From Dehalococcoidia bacterium (GTDB lineage: Bacteria; Chloroflexota; Dehalococcoidia; UBA2979), in contig OZ244720.1 of NCBI GenBank assembly GCA_965219085.1, positions 2,208,001-2,272,000 on the forward strand: 64,000 nt of DNA, given 5' to 3'. This document shows, piece after piece, positions 38,911-48,423 of the stretch (position 1 is its first letter; every line of letters begins with the position of its first letter). A program made the position numbers and the translations under genes. A model generated the notes under the pieces. It saw only the letters and a list, made by a program, of their open reading frames with translations. It searched no databases and was not told where the DNA came from.

Positions 38911-39548
38911 CCCCATTAGGGGTCGGGGCAGACGGCGAAGCTCAGCTACATGGGCCATCTGCTCACCGAGAACCGTCACGGTCTGGTGCTGGACGTGGAG
39001 TTGGCCGAGGCGAACGGGTACGCCGAGCGCGAGGCGGCGGTCACGATGCTGGAGCGCAGCGTGAGCGGCTGCGGGACGCTGGGCGCCGACCGCGGCTACG
39101 ACACGCGCGGCTTCGTGGCGGCGCTGCGCGCTCGCGGCGTGACGCCGCACGTGGCGCAAAACGACCGCCGCCGCCGCAGCGCCGTGGATGGGCGCACCAC
39201 GCGGCATCGCGGCTACAGGCAGAGTCAGAAGCGGCGCAAGATCGTGGAGCAGGTCTTCGGCTGGATGAAGACCGTGGGCGGCGGGCGCAAGCTGCGCTTC
39301 GTGGGCCGCGAGCGCAACCGCTGTTGGCTGGAGCTCACCGCCGCCGCCTACAACCTCGTGCGCATGGCCACGCTCGAGACCGCCGCGGCGTAGGCGCAGT
39401 GCGCCCTCCGCCCCGCCAGGGAGCCCTCAGAGGCGCCCGGGGGCAGGTCAGGAGGCCACGATCACGAACCCGGAGGCGGCTTCAAGCCGCCTCTCGCCAC
39501 TCCGAGACCCCGGAAGGCGCTTCTTCAGCAGCCTGCTAGCATGGCTCC

Positions 39549-41234
39549 ATGGACCGCAACCGTGGTGGCCGGCCGCGCCATCCCGACGTGCTGACGCCGG
39601 CCGAGTGGCGCGTGCTCGAGGCGCTGCGCGACGGCGGGACGAACGCCGAGATCGGCGCTCGCCTCGGCCTCAGCCTCGACACGGTGAAGTACCACATCTC
39701 GAACATGCTCGCGAAGCTCGAGCTGCGCGACCGGCGCGCCCTCGCCGCCTGGCGTCCCGACGCACAGCGAGGCCGCCTCGGCGCGGTGCTCGCCGTCCCG
39801 GCTGTCTTGTGGGCGGTCGTAGGGCGGCCGCTCGTGTGGGTCGGGGTGGGAGTAGCGGCACTGGCCGGGGTGGCCGTCGTGGTGGCGGCGCTCGTGGCCC
39901 TCGAGGCAGTCGTGGAGCGGGACAGCGACGCGCCCGCTGCGGTCGCCCCGCCGCCCGCGACCGCCACGCCCACACCGGCCGTGGCGCCGACGGCGACGCC
40001 GAGCGTCTTTGCCGCCGGGCCGGCGCTGGCGCCTTCGGCGACTCCGCCAGCCGCGCCTTCGCCGACCCCGGCCGGGACACCCGAGCCGCGCGCCAGCCGG
40101 ACACCCGCAGCGCCGGCCCCCGCGCCCGGCTCTTGCGCGACACCGACCGACCCGACGTGCATCCACGCGGTATACCGGGGGGCGCCGGCCGACCACGCGC
40201 AGGTGCCCGACATCCCCGCCGACGCGCTGCTCACGCCGGCGAGTGATGGGCGCTACTACGTGGGGCGCGGGCAGCAGGTGACGGTGGTGACGGCTGCACC
40301 GCTGCCCGCCGGCTGGACGCGCTTCTGGCTGGACCGCAGCCCGCTCAAGGTCGGGGTGCCGTCGCCGACGTCGTTCGAGCAGCTGGTCCAGCCCGTTGGG
40401 ACGACCTACACGTTCACCGTCACCGACGACGAGGCTGGCGCCACGCTCATCACGTTCGACCTGACGGCGGCGCGGCCGCATCCGGTGCGGCCCACCCACA
40501 AGCCGGTGCTGGGCGACGTGGTGGTGACGACCGAGTTCGCGGTGCCAAAGTTGCGCTACAACCTCCTCGACACGGCCGGCGCAGCGGCGACCCCGGGGAG
40601 CTACGCCTTCCTGCAGGCGGCTGGCGATGTGTCGAGCGCAATCGAAAATTTCGGATTGCGCCCTGCAAAGGGCGTCGAGTTGCGCATCCATCCGACCGAC
40701 GCCTCTGGAGTGTCGCGCGCGGCCCTCTACGACACCTTGAAGGTCGGAGACGCATTCGAGTACCGCACAAATGGCCTCGACTGCTCCTTCCGCTTCAGAG
40801 TCACGAGTGTTTCTACACCCGCGTCCGTCCCGCGGAGCTACGGCCTTCACTTCGTTTCTGAGGATGGAGGGCGATGCGGAGACGCTATCGACGACCCAGC
40901 AGCAGCGAAGGATGTTGATTTCGCGTGGCTCGTTCCGCCCGGACGCGTTGGAGCGGATGGCATACGAGAGCTCATTCCCTGGGAGCCGGCAGGGAACGGT
41001 ACGTATCGGATTGGGTCCGGGGGTCGGTACGTTATCGATGTGCCTCTGGGAATGCGGATTGTGGCTAGTCCCGAGTTCTCCACTTACGGCTCTTCCATTA
41101 CGAGCGCCGTGACCCTCACAGACGAGGAAACAGGAGCCCGACTCCAGATCGATCCCGCGACAGGCGAGGTACTCGGACGTGACGCGAGTACACGGCTTGA
41201 TCCAATTGTGGATTCCATACGTCTAGCTGACTAA
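39549..41234 (+). CDS. LuxR-type HTH protein with TM segment, Pro/Thr linker and extracytoplasmic domain
   Basis: LTPAEWRVL...TNAEIGARLGLSLDTVKYHISNMLAKL; hydrophobic segment; PTATP linker. Confidence 0.8.
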   Translation: MDRNRGGRPRHPDVLTPAEWRVLEALRDGGTNAEIGARLGLSLDTVKYHISNMLAKLELRDRRALAAWRPDAQRGRLGAVLAVPAVLWAVVGRPLVWVGVGVAALAGVAVVVAALVALEAVVERDSDAPAAVAPPPATATPTPAVAPTATPSVFAAGPALAPSATPPAAPSPTPAGTPEPRASRTPAAPAPAPGSCATPTDPTCIHAVYRGAPADHAQVPDIPADALLTPASDGRYYVGRGQQVTVVTAAPLPAGWTRFWLDRSPLKVGVPSPTSFEQLVQPVGTTYTFTVTDDEAGATLITFDLTAARPHPVRPTHKPVLGDVVVTTEFAVPKLRYNLLDTAGAAATPGSYAFLQAAGDVSSAIENFGLRPAKGVELRIHPTDASGVSRAALYDTLKVGDAFEYRTNGLDCSFRFRVTSVSTPASVPRSYGLHFVSEDGGRCGDAIDDPAAAKDVDFAWLVPPGRVGADGIRELIPWEPAGNGTYRIGSGGRYVIDVPLGMRIVASPEFSTYGSSITSAVTLTDEETGARLQIDPATGEVLGRDASTRLDPIVDSIRLAD

Positions 41235-41317
41235 GAGCGAGGAGCAGATGCGGATGTATGGACGACCGCTCTTGCCGTCATTGGCATCGTGATGCCGTTC
41301 CCGCAGCCGCGAAAAGG

Positions 41318-42250
41318 CTAGCGGGCGATCGCGTCGACCTCGGCCATCTCCTCGGGCGTGAGCCGCCAGTCGCCGGCGGCGACGTTCGCCTCGACCTGCT
41401 CGGGCTTCGTCGCGCCGGCGATCACGCTGCCGACGAACGGCTTCGAGGAGAGCCACGCGAACGCGAGGTCGAGCAGCGTGTGGTCGTGCTCCACCGCCCA
41501 CGCGTCGAGGCGCTCGACGATGTCCCAGTTGCGGTCGCTCGCGATGCGCCCGCCCCTGGCCCTGCCGGCGAGGCGCGTGCCCTCGGGCGCCGCTTCGTTG
41601 CGGCTGTACTTGCCGGTGAGCAGGCCGCTCGCGAGGGGGAAGAACGGCAGCATGCCGAGGCCGAACGCCTCGCAGGCCGGGCCGATCTCCGCCTCGACGC
41701 CGCGCTCGAGCAGGCTGTAGTCGTTCTGCGCGGAGATGAACGGCGTGAGGTGGTCGCGCTGCGCGATGTAGTGCCCGCTCGCGATCTCCCACCCGTCGTA
41801 GTTCGAGTTGCCGAGGTAGCGCACCTTGCCGTCGCGCACGAGGTCGTCGAGGGCGCGCATGGTCTCCTCGAGCGGCGTGTCGTGGTCCGGCTGGTGGATC
41901 TGGTAGAGGTCGATGTAGTCCGTGCGGAGCCGCCGCAGGCTGTCCTCGACGGCCGTCATGATGTAGCGCCGCGAGCCGCCCGACGTGAACGGCCCCTCGC
42001 CCATCGACATGCCGAACTTGGTGGCGATGATGATGCCGTGGCGGTCCGCGCCGAGCGCGCGTCCGAGGTACTCCTCGGAGAGTGCGCCGCCGTAGATGTC
42101 GGCGGTGTCGAAGAGTGTGATGCCGAGGTCGATGGACCGGCGGACGACGGCCGTGGTCGCCTCCTGGTCCATCCGCCCGCCGAAGTTGTTGGTACCGAGT
42201 CCGACGACCGAGACCTCAAGCCCCGAGTTGCCCAGGTGGCGCGTGTCCAA
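41318..42250 (-). CDS. Aldo/keto reductase
   Basis: LGNSGLEVS, FDTADIYG, SLRRLRTDYIDLYQIH, GKVRYLG, PLASGLLTGKY; TTG start with GGAGG RBS. Confidence 0.93.
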   Translation of the reverse strand: MDTRHLGNSGLEVSVVGLGTNNFGGRMDQEATTAVVRRSIDLGITLFDTADIYGGALSEEYLGRALGADRHGIIIATKFGMSMGEGPFTSGGSRRYIMTAVEDSLRRLRTDYIDLYQIHQPDHDTPLEETMRALDDLVRDGKVRYLGNSNYDGWEIASGHYIAQRDHLTPFISAQNDYSLLERGVEAEIGPACEAFGLGMLPFFPLASGLLTGKYSRNEAAPEGTRLAGRARGGRIASDRNWDIVERLDAWAVEHDHTLLDLAFAWLSSKPFVGSVIAGATKPEQVEANVAAGDWRLTPEEMAEVDAIAR

Positions 42251-42360
42251 TGTGCCCTCCAGCCGCGCGCGGCGCAGCGTCGCTTGCCCGATCGCATGGC
42301 GAGTTGTGTGCCGCGCGGAGTATAGAGCAGGCGCTCCCAAACGAACCCGTTGCGGGCGGC

Positions 42361-43464
42361 TCAGGCGGGCAGCGTCACCGCCGCTCCCGTCTCCGAGGAG
42401 CGCTCGATCGCCGCGAGCAGGCGGTGGCGCGTGACGGCGAGGTCGAAGCCCGGCGTGTACGCTTCGCCCGCCCCGAGCGCGTCAGCCATCCGGGCGTAGC
42501 CGTGCGCGACGTTTCGCGGCGGGCCGGACGGCGTCCCCTCGGGAGCGAGCATGTAGGCATCGGGCGGCTGCAGCTCGTCCAGCGCCTCGCCGCCGCGCGC
42601 GCCGAGCAGCCGGTTCGGCCCGATGTTCGAGGAGGGCGCGGTGAGGAAGAGCGCGCCCTCGCGGCCGAAGATCTCGAGTCGCGTACCGGTCGCGTGCGCG
42701 GGCACGCTCGCCACCTGGATCGCCGCCTCGGCGCCGCTCGCGAAGCGGCCCGCGACGGCGATGCTGTCCGGTGCGTCGACGGGGACATCCAGCCCGGTCT
42801 CCTCGTCGCGCCACTCCGTGATGCGCGTGGTCACGCGCGCGGAGACCTCGGTCATCTCGCCGAGGATCGCGCAGAGCGCGTCGATCGCGTGCCCGCCCGC
42901 GATCGTGAGCGGGTTCGCTCCGTTCGCGCGCTCGGCCTGCCAGATCCGGCCCGCGCCACGCTCGAGCACCGCCTGCGTCATCACGCTCAGGTTCGCTGTC
43001 AGCACCTCGCCCACGTACCCCTGCGCGACGAGGTCGCGGGCGTAGCGGATGCTGGGGTCACTGCGTCCCTGGAGCCCGACGGCCGTGCGCAGCGACTGCT
43101 CGCGCGCGAGGTCCGCCATCTCCTCGGCCTCCGCGAGCGTGGCCCCCAGCGGCCACTCGCAGAACACGTCCTTGCCCGCGCGCAGCGCCGCCATCACGAG
43201 CTGGTGATGCAGCGGCACGCGCACCGACACGACGACGAGGTCGATGTCCGGGTGAGCCACTATCGCGTCGATGTCGTGGAACGCGAGGGGCGCACCGAAG
43301 CGCTCGGCGGAGGCCTTCGCCGTGTCCTCGTGCGCTGTGCAGATCGCCACGAGCTCGTAGTCGGGCAGCGCGTCGAGGGCGGGCACATGGGCGTTGGCGC
43401 CCCAGCCGCTGCCCCCGGTCGTCACGGTCGCGCCCACGATGCCAACGCGGATGGGGCCTGCCAT
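42361..43464 (-). CDS. Gfo/Idh/MocA oxidoreductase
   Basis: IRVGIVGA, AGKDVFCEWPL, GGHAID. Confidence 0.9.
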   Translation of the reverse strand: MAGPIRVGIVGATVTTGGSGWGANAHVPALDALPDYELVAICTAHEDTAKASAERFGAPLAFHDIDAIVAHPDIDLVVVSVRVPLHHQLVMAALRAGKDVFCEWPLGATLAEAEEMADLAREQSLRTAVGLQGRSDPSIRYARDLVAQGYVGEVLTANLSVMTQAVLERGAGRIWQAERANGANPLTIAGGHAIDALCAILGEMTEVSARVTTRITEWRDEETGLDVPVDAPDSIAVAGRFASGAEAAIQVASVPAHATGTRLEIFGREGALFLTAPSSNIGPNRLLGARGGEALDELQPPDAYMLAPEGTPSGPPRNVAHGYARMADALGAGEAYTPGFDLAVTRHRLLAAIERSSETGAAVTLPA

Positions 43465-43613
43465 CGCTCACTCCGTTCCCTGTCCTGATCACATCGTGCA
43501 ACTCTCAGCCGATCATCGCATAGCCGTGACGCGCGCTTACAGGCCGCTGGAAGCGGCGTCGCCGGTTGGCTGCGCTTCTATACTCGACCCGTACTCACCC
43601 ACGGAGGCATCTC

Positions 43614-45365
43614 ATGACGACCACCACTCCCCACACCGAGACCAGCGGCACGAGCGTCCACGTCGGGCCGCTCGCCGACCTCGAAGGCGGTGCGCCACGC
43701 GTGGTGTCGGCCGGCGGACACACCATCGTCGTCTTCGTCGTGGACGGCGAGGTCTACGCGCTCGACAACCGCTGCCCGCACATGGGCTTCCCGCTCAGCC
43801 AGGGCACCATCCGCGACGGCATCCTCACCTGCCACTGGCACCACGCCCGCTTCGACCTCGCGGGCGGCTCGACGTTCGACCCCTTCGCCGACGACGTAAC
43901 CTCGTTCGACGTCGAGGTGCGCGACGGCGAGGTGTGGGTCGACCCCGAGCCGCACGAGTCGGACCGCGAGACGCACTGGCTGCGCAAGCTCGACGAGGGC
44001 CTGGAGCAGAACATCCGGCTCGTACTCGCCAAGTCCGTGATCGGCCTCGACGAGCTCGACGCCACCGGCCCGCTGCTCGAACGCGCGGCGCTGTTCGGCA
44101 CGCGCAACCGCGCGAACGGCTGGAGCACCGGCCTCTCGATCCTGACAGCGATGGCGAACACGCTCCCCGTGCTCGACGAGGAGGACCGCACGCGCGGCCT
44201 CTACCAGGGGCTCATGCACGTCGCGCGCTCGACCGCCGGCGAGCCGCCCGACTTCGACCTCGATCCGCTCGACACCTCGGAGCAGCGGCCGGAGATGTAC
44301 CGCGCGTGGTTCCGGCGCTTCATGGAGACACGCTCGCAGGACCCGGCGGAGCGCACGCTGCGCACGGCCGTGGCGATCGGCCTCGCCCCGCAACAGGTCG
44401 CCGATATGGTGTTCGCGGCGAGCACGGACCACGTCTTCATGGACGTGGGCCACACGCTCGACTTCGCGAACAAGGCGTTCGAGCTCGTCGACCACGTCGG
44501 ATGGGAGCACGCCGAGGCGATCCTGCCGAGCATCATCCCGCTCATCGCGAGCGCCGAGCGCATGGAGGAGGCCGCGAGCTGGCAGCACCCGGTCGACCTG
44601 CCGGGGCTGATCGCCGAGTCCGACGCAGCGCTCGACGCAGCGCTCGCCGAGGGCGGCGAGCGCAACGCGGGCTGGGACGGCCACATCCCGCTCGCCGAGT
44701 CGATCCTGGACGACGAGCCACGCGTGTCGCTGCACGGGGTCGTCGAGGCGGCGCGCGCGGGAGCGCCGCTGGTCGAGCTGTCGGCGGCGATCGCGTACGC
44801 CGCAGCGAGGCGCGCCGTGCACTTCAACGTGGCCAACGAGTTCGGCGACTGGGACACGGTGCACCACACGTTCACGTACGCCCACGCGCTGTTCCAGGCG
44901 ATGCTGCGCGCGCCCTCGAGGGAGCTCGCGCGGGGCGTCCTGCACGGCGCGGCGGCGGTCTACCTCGACCGCTTCCTCAACGTGCCGAAGCAGCCGATCC
45001 CCCATCTGGCGTCGAACGGCAACGGCGGGGGCGACCTCGGCCCGCTGCTGGCGGAGTTCGACCGTCAGCAGCGCGTCGATGAGACCGCGGGCCATGCGGC
45101 CGACCTGCTGGCGGCGGGCCGCAGCGACGAGCTCGTCGCGGGCCTCGGGACGGCGCTGCTGCGGGAGGACTCGGGGTTCCACGAGTTCCAGATCTTCGAG
45201 GCGGCGGTGCGGCTCGCGGAGCACTTCGGGGAGCGGCCCGAGGGCGGGCACGTGCTGATCGGCGCCGCGCGGTTCCTGACGGCGCATTCGCCGACGGTGC
45301 GCTCGGCCGAGCAGACCTACGACACGGCGTACCGCCTGCACCGCGGGGACGTGATCTACGAGTAG
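43614..45365 (+). CDS. Rieske [2Fe-2S] domain protein with large helical C-terminal region
   Basis: CPHMGFPL and CHWHHARFD Rieske motifs. Confidence 0.88.
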   Translation: MTTTTPHTETSGTSVHVGPLADLEGGAPRVVSAGGHTIVVFVVDGEVYALDNRCPHMGFPLSQGTIRDGILTCHWHHARFDLAGGSTFDPFADDVTSFDVEVRDGEVWVDPEPHESDRETHWLRKLDEGLEQNIRLVLAKSVIGLDELDATGPLLERAALFGTRNRANGWSTGLSILTAMANTLPVLDEEDRTRGLYQGLMHVARSTAGEPPDFDLDPLDTSEQRPEMYRAWFRRFMETRSQDPAERTLRTAVAIGLAPQQVADMVFAASTDHVFMDVGHTLDFANKAFELVDHVGWEHAEAILPSIIPLIASAERMEEAASWQHPVDLPGLIAESDAALDAALAEGGERNAGWDGHIPLAESILDDEPRVSLHGVVEAARAGAPLVELSAAIAYAAARRAVHFNVANEFGDWDTVHHTFTYAHALFQAMLRAPSRELARGVLHGAAAVYLDRFLNVPKQPIPHLASNGNGGGDLGPLLAEFDRQQRVDETAGHAADLLAAGRSDELVAGLGTALLREDSGFHEFQIFEAAVRLAEHFGERPEGGHVLIGAARFLTAHSPTVRSAEQTYDTAYRLHRGDVIYE

Positions 45366-45449
45366 TTCGCGCGGTTGTCCGGGTGGTCTGCCCGGGATGC
45401 TACCCTCAGTACGCATTACCTTGTCGGAATTTCATACTGGACTCAGCCG

Positions 45450-45671
45450 ATGCGGATCTCCGAACGAGGCCAGATCACGATCCCGAAGGCGCTGCGCGAC
45501 CGGGTCGGGATGAACCACAACGTCGAGGTCGAGATAACCCCCACTGATGAGGGGCTGCTCATTCGCAAGCGGGTGGTTGCGGAGCACCCGGTCGATCGTG
45601 TCGCGGGGATCCTCGATGGCGTGTTCGACGCCGACATCGACGCGTACATCGAGGAGATTCGCGGCCGGTGA
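45450..45671 (+). CDS. AbrB/MazE/SpoVT antitoxin
   Basis: MRISERGQITIPKALRDRVG...VEVEI..GLLIRK. Confidence 0.88.
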   Translation: MRISERGQITIPKALRDRVGMNHNVEVEITPTDEGLLIRKRVVAEHPVDRVAGILDGVFDADIDAYIEEIRGR

Positions 45672-45752
45672 TCACGGCAGTTGACACCAGCGTGCTGTTT
45701 GACTTGTTCCGGTCAGACTCGCCCTTTCATGCCGAGTCAACGGAGCGGATCG
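45668..45752 (+). pseudogene. Truncated PIN/VapC toxin
   Basis: Overlapping start MITAVDTSVLFDLF..D..F is a PIN N-terminus; similarity is lost after about 28 codons. Confidence 0.65.
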
Positions 45753-45899
45753 CACCACAACCCCTGTTACCGAACATCGCGGCGCGCGCATCACGGGCCT
45801 GTTACCGAAATGACAGTGCCAGGAGACACCCTGCCGCGTGCGCGAGCAGCGACGGCGAAGAAGCACTGCTGGGTAACACGTTGCCGGAGTTCGCGCCCG

Positions 45900-46180
45900 A
45901 CCCCACGCCGCCCTGGCGCGTCGGCTTGCCGCCGTGCACCGAGGGCTCCTCGCACCACTGTAGTCGCAGCGCCGCCAGCGGCTCGAGGATCGACTCGGGA
46001 GGCCGAGTAGTCCGCACAGCACGGCGCGGTCGAGCGCATGGCGCGTCTCGTCACGGTAGTCCTCGTTGGCCGGCAGGAAGTCGCGCTCCGCGAACTCGGC
46101 GAACAGGCTCTCAGCCTGATCGAGCTGCCGCTCGTTGAGCGCCCGCACGTCAAGGGCGGTGAGGCGCGGAGCGCAGCAAC
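45900..46180 (-). pseudogene. Frameshifted C-terminal remnant of a large protein, possibly type IIG restriction-modification
   Basis: LDVRALNERQL..AESLFAEF..RDFLPANE.YRDETRHALDRAVL..LLGLP continues in another frame as ESILEPLAALRLQWCEEPSVHGGK; family call from recollection. Confidence 0.4.
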
Positions 46181-46368
46181 GAGGAACGTGAGCATTACCG
46201 CCGTCAGTAGGTTCGCGGCCGAGCACGCAGTGCCGCTTGCGGCGCGCGCCGGCACAGGTAGGGCGAAGGCAGATTAGCCGGGAGTGGTAGCGCACAGGAT
46301 CACAATCCGATTGTGCCTGCATCAACGACGCGTTGACTCCGTCTCATCTGCGGCTCCTCGCCTCGCGC

Positions 46369-47734
46369 GGTCACGTCCCTGCAAGTGGTGTAGCAGTGCA
46401 CCATCCTGATCATTTGCTAGCTGGCAGCTTGCAGCAGCACCTCCTCGCCTGAGGCGACCTCGGCCACGGCCGCCGGCAGCGACTGCAGCATCGTCATGTA
46501 GCGCCTCCCCTCCGCCCACTCGTCGTGCTGCTCGGCGAGCACGGCGCCGACCAGCCGCACGACCGCGGCGCGGTTGGGGAAGATGCCGACGACGTTGGTG
46601 CGCCGCCGGATCTCCTTGTTGAGGCGTTCCAGCGGGTTGTTCGACCAGACCTGCCGCCAGTGCTGGGACGGGAAGGCCGTGAACGCCAGGATCTCGGGTC
46701 CGGCGTCGGCGAGCAGCGCCGCGGCCTCGGGGAAGCGCTCGGCGAGCTGCTCCACCACACGGGCGTGCTGGGCCTGCACCTCGGCCGCAGAGGACTGCTC
46801 GTAGATCGTCCGCACCGTCGTCGCCACCAGCTTCTCGGCGCTCTTCGGCACCCGGGTGAGCAGGTTGCGCATGAAGTGCGTCCTGCAGCGCTGCCAGGAG
46901 GCGCCGGCGAAGACGGTCGCGATCGCGTCTCTGAGCCCCTGGTGGGCGTCCGAGGTCACCAGCTCGACCCCGGACAGACCGCGCGCCACGAGCCCGCGCA
47001 GGAAGCTCAGCCAGAACGCCCCGTCCTCGGAGGTACCGACGTCGATGCCCAGCAGCTCGCGCTTGCCTGTCGCGTTGACGGCGGTGGCGACGACCACGCT
47101 CACCTGGACGACGCGGCCCTCCTCGCGCACGAGCTGGGTGAGCGCGTCGAGCCAGAGGTAGCGGTAGGGGCCCGAGTCGAGCGGCCGCTCGAGGAAGCTC
47201 TCCACGACCTCGTCGAGCTCGGCGCAGATGCGCGAGACCTGGCTCTTCGAGATGCCATCACAGCCGAGCGAGCGCACGAGGTCGTCGACGCGGCGCGTCG
47301 AGACGCCCTCGACGTAGGCCTGCGTGACCACGGAGAGGAGGGCGCGCTCCGAGCGCCGCCGCGGCTCGAGCAGCGAGGGGAAGTAGCTGCCCTCGCGCAG
47401 CTTCGGGATGCCCAGTTCGATCGTGCCCACGCGCGTGTCCCAGCGCCTGGGCCGGTAGCCGTTACGCCGGGTGAGGCGCGTCTCGCTGCGCTCGCCGTGG
47501 GCGGCGCCGATCTGCGCCGAGACCTCGGCGTCCATCACCGCCTGGGCGAGCACCGCGACCGCCTCGCGCAGGAAGTCAATGTCAGCTCCGTCCGCCTGCT
47601 TGCGAAGCAACTCCAACAAGTCCACGCTCTCCTTGACCACCGTAGTCCTCCTTCACGTGACTGTTTCCTGTGTGAAGGATGGCGCGGTGGTCTCCTACGT
47701 CCACCTCTGTGACACCACTTCCTGGGACGCTACC
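46369..47734 (-). mobile_element. IS256-family element with 8-bp target site duplication
   Basis: IRs GGTCACGTCCCTGCAAGTGGTGT and GGTAGCGTCCCAGGAAGTGGTGT; CCTCGCGC at 46361-46368 and 47735-47742. Confidence 0.92.
46417..47640 (-). CDS. IS256 family transposase
   Basis: RNGYR, IPKLREGSYFPS, GVSTRRV, SDAHQGL, WQRCRTHFMRN, NNPLERLNKEIRRRT. Confidence 0.95.
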   Translation of the reverse strand: MVKESVDLLELLRKQADGADIDFLREAVAVLAQAVMDAEVSAQIGAAHGERSETRLTRRNGYRPRRWDTRVGTIELGIPKLREGSYFPSLLEPRRRSERALLSVVTQAYVEGVSTRRVDDLVRSLGCDGISKSQVSRICAELDEVVESFLERPLDSGPYRYLWLDALTQLVREEGRVVQVSVVVATAVNATGKRELLGIDVGTSEDGAFWLSFLRGLVARGLSGVELVTSDAHQGLRDAIATVFAGASWQRCRTHFMRNLLTRVPKSAEKLVATTVRTIYEQSSAAEVQAQHARVVEQLAERFPEAAALLADAGPEILAFTAFPSQHWRQVWSNNPLERLNKEIRRRTNVVGIFPNRAAVVRLVGAVLAEQHDEWAEGRRYMTMLQSLPAAVAEVASGEEVLLQAAS

Positions 47735-47980
47735 CCTCGCGCGCGTCGTGGTCGAGATGTGTCCTCGCCCCAAGCACTCTATCTTCGGCCAGTCAATGGC
47801 CACGGCTAGCCCCAGCCTCGCCTCACGGAATCCATCGACGGCCTGGCTGCGGTCCCGTCTTGGTCGGGAGGATATGACAATCGCAGTCTGCGGATAGCTC
47901 CTGTAGTCTGTGCCCACATTGCACTGCTAGCGGAGAGGCCGATGGGATGGTGGGACGGGGTTTTGCCTTGACTCCCTGCC

Positions 47981-48322
47981 TTATCCCATCCGGATGCGGT
48001 CGCGGATCCAGCGCGCGGCGGTGAGCGTGCGCCACTCCTCCTCGGCGATCTGGCCGGGCAGCAGCTCCGCCTCCACCTCGATCCCCGGATCGCTGGTGGT
48101 AACGCGGAAGACGAAGCGTTCGACGCGAACGCCGTCGGCGCCGAGGGCGGGCGTGGGCCCAAAGATCAGCTCGAGCGCCGTTGCGTGGGGGTCGAGGCCC
48201 TGATCGCGCATCGCGGCCATCGCCGGCGAGAAGTCGAAGCGCCGCGAGGGCCGCACGCCGCTGCGCTGCGTGCGTCGCTGCTCGGCCTCCAGCCGCATCA
48301 GCGTCATCACGGCGGTCGCCAC
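47981..48322 (-). CDS. Hypothetical protein
   Basis: Globular-looking ORF with host-like codon use; no family recognised. Confidence 0.45.
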   Translation of the reverse strand: MATAVMTLMRLEAEQRRTQRSGVRPSRRFDFSPAMAAMRDQGLDPHATALELIFGPTPALGADGVRVERFVFRVTTSDPGIEVEAELLPGQIAEEEWRTLTAARWIRDRIRMG

Positions 48323-48423
48323 CCTTCGCGTCGCCCCCAATGTTACGCGCCTCGGGAGGCGTGGACGGGTACTCGCCGCGGCCGTGCGGCGGTACGCTCA
48401 CGGAGCAGGCGAGGAGGAGAGCG

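Larger units (their letters stand above)
37423..38919 (-). mobile_element. IS110-family element (1497 bp), CT core, no target duplication
   Basis: Boundaries defined by restoring the IS5 reading frame; AG (CT on minus) present at both junctions. Confidence 0.9.
36820..39393 (+). pseudogene. IS5-family DDE transposase split into 36820-37422 and 38920-39393
   Basis: GRPSIPPE, VDGTL and TDPEARLYTK join in frame to GSGQTAKLSYMGHLLTENR, ADRGYD and RKIVEQVFGW (358 aa when rejoined). Confidence 0.9.
36742..39539 (+). mobile_element. IS5-family element interrupted by an IS110
   Basis: Terminal inverted repeats CTAGCTGGGTGCTGAAAAA and (reverse complement) CTAGCAGGCTGCTGAAGAA; CTAG at both ends (36742-36745, 39536-39539). 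Confidence 0.88.
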
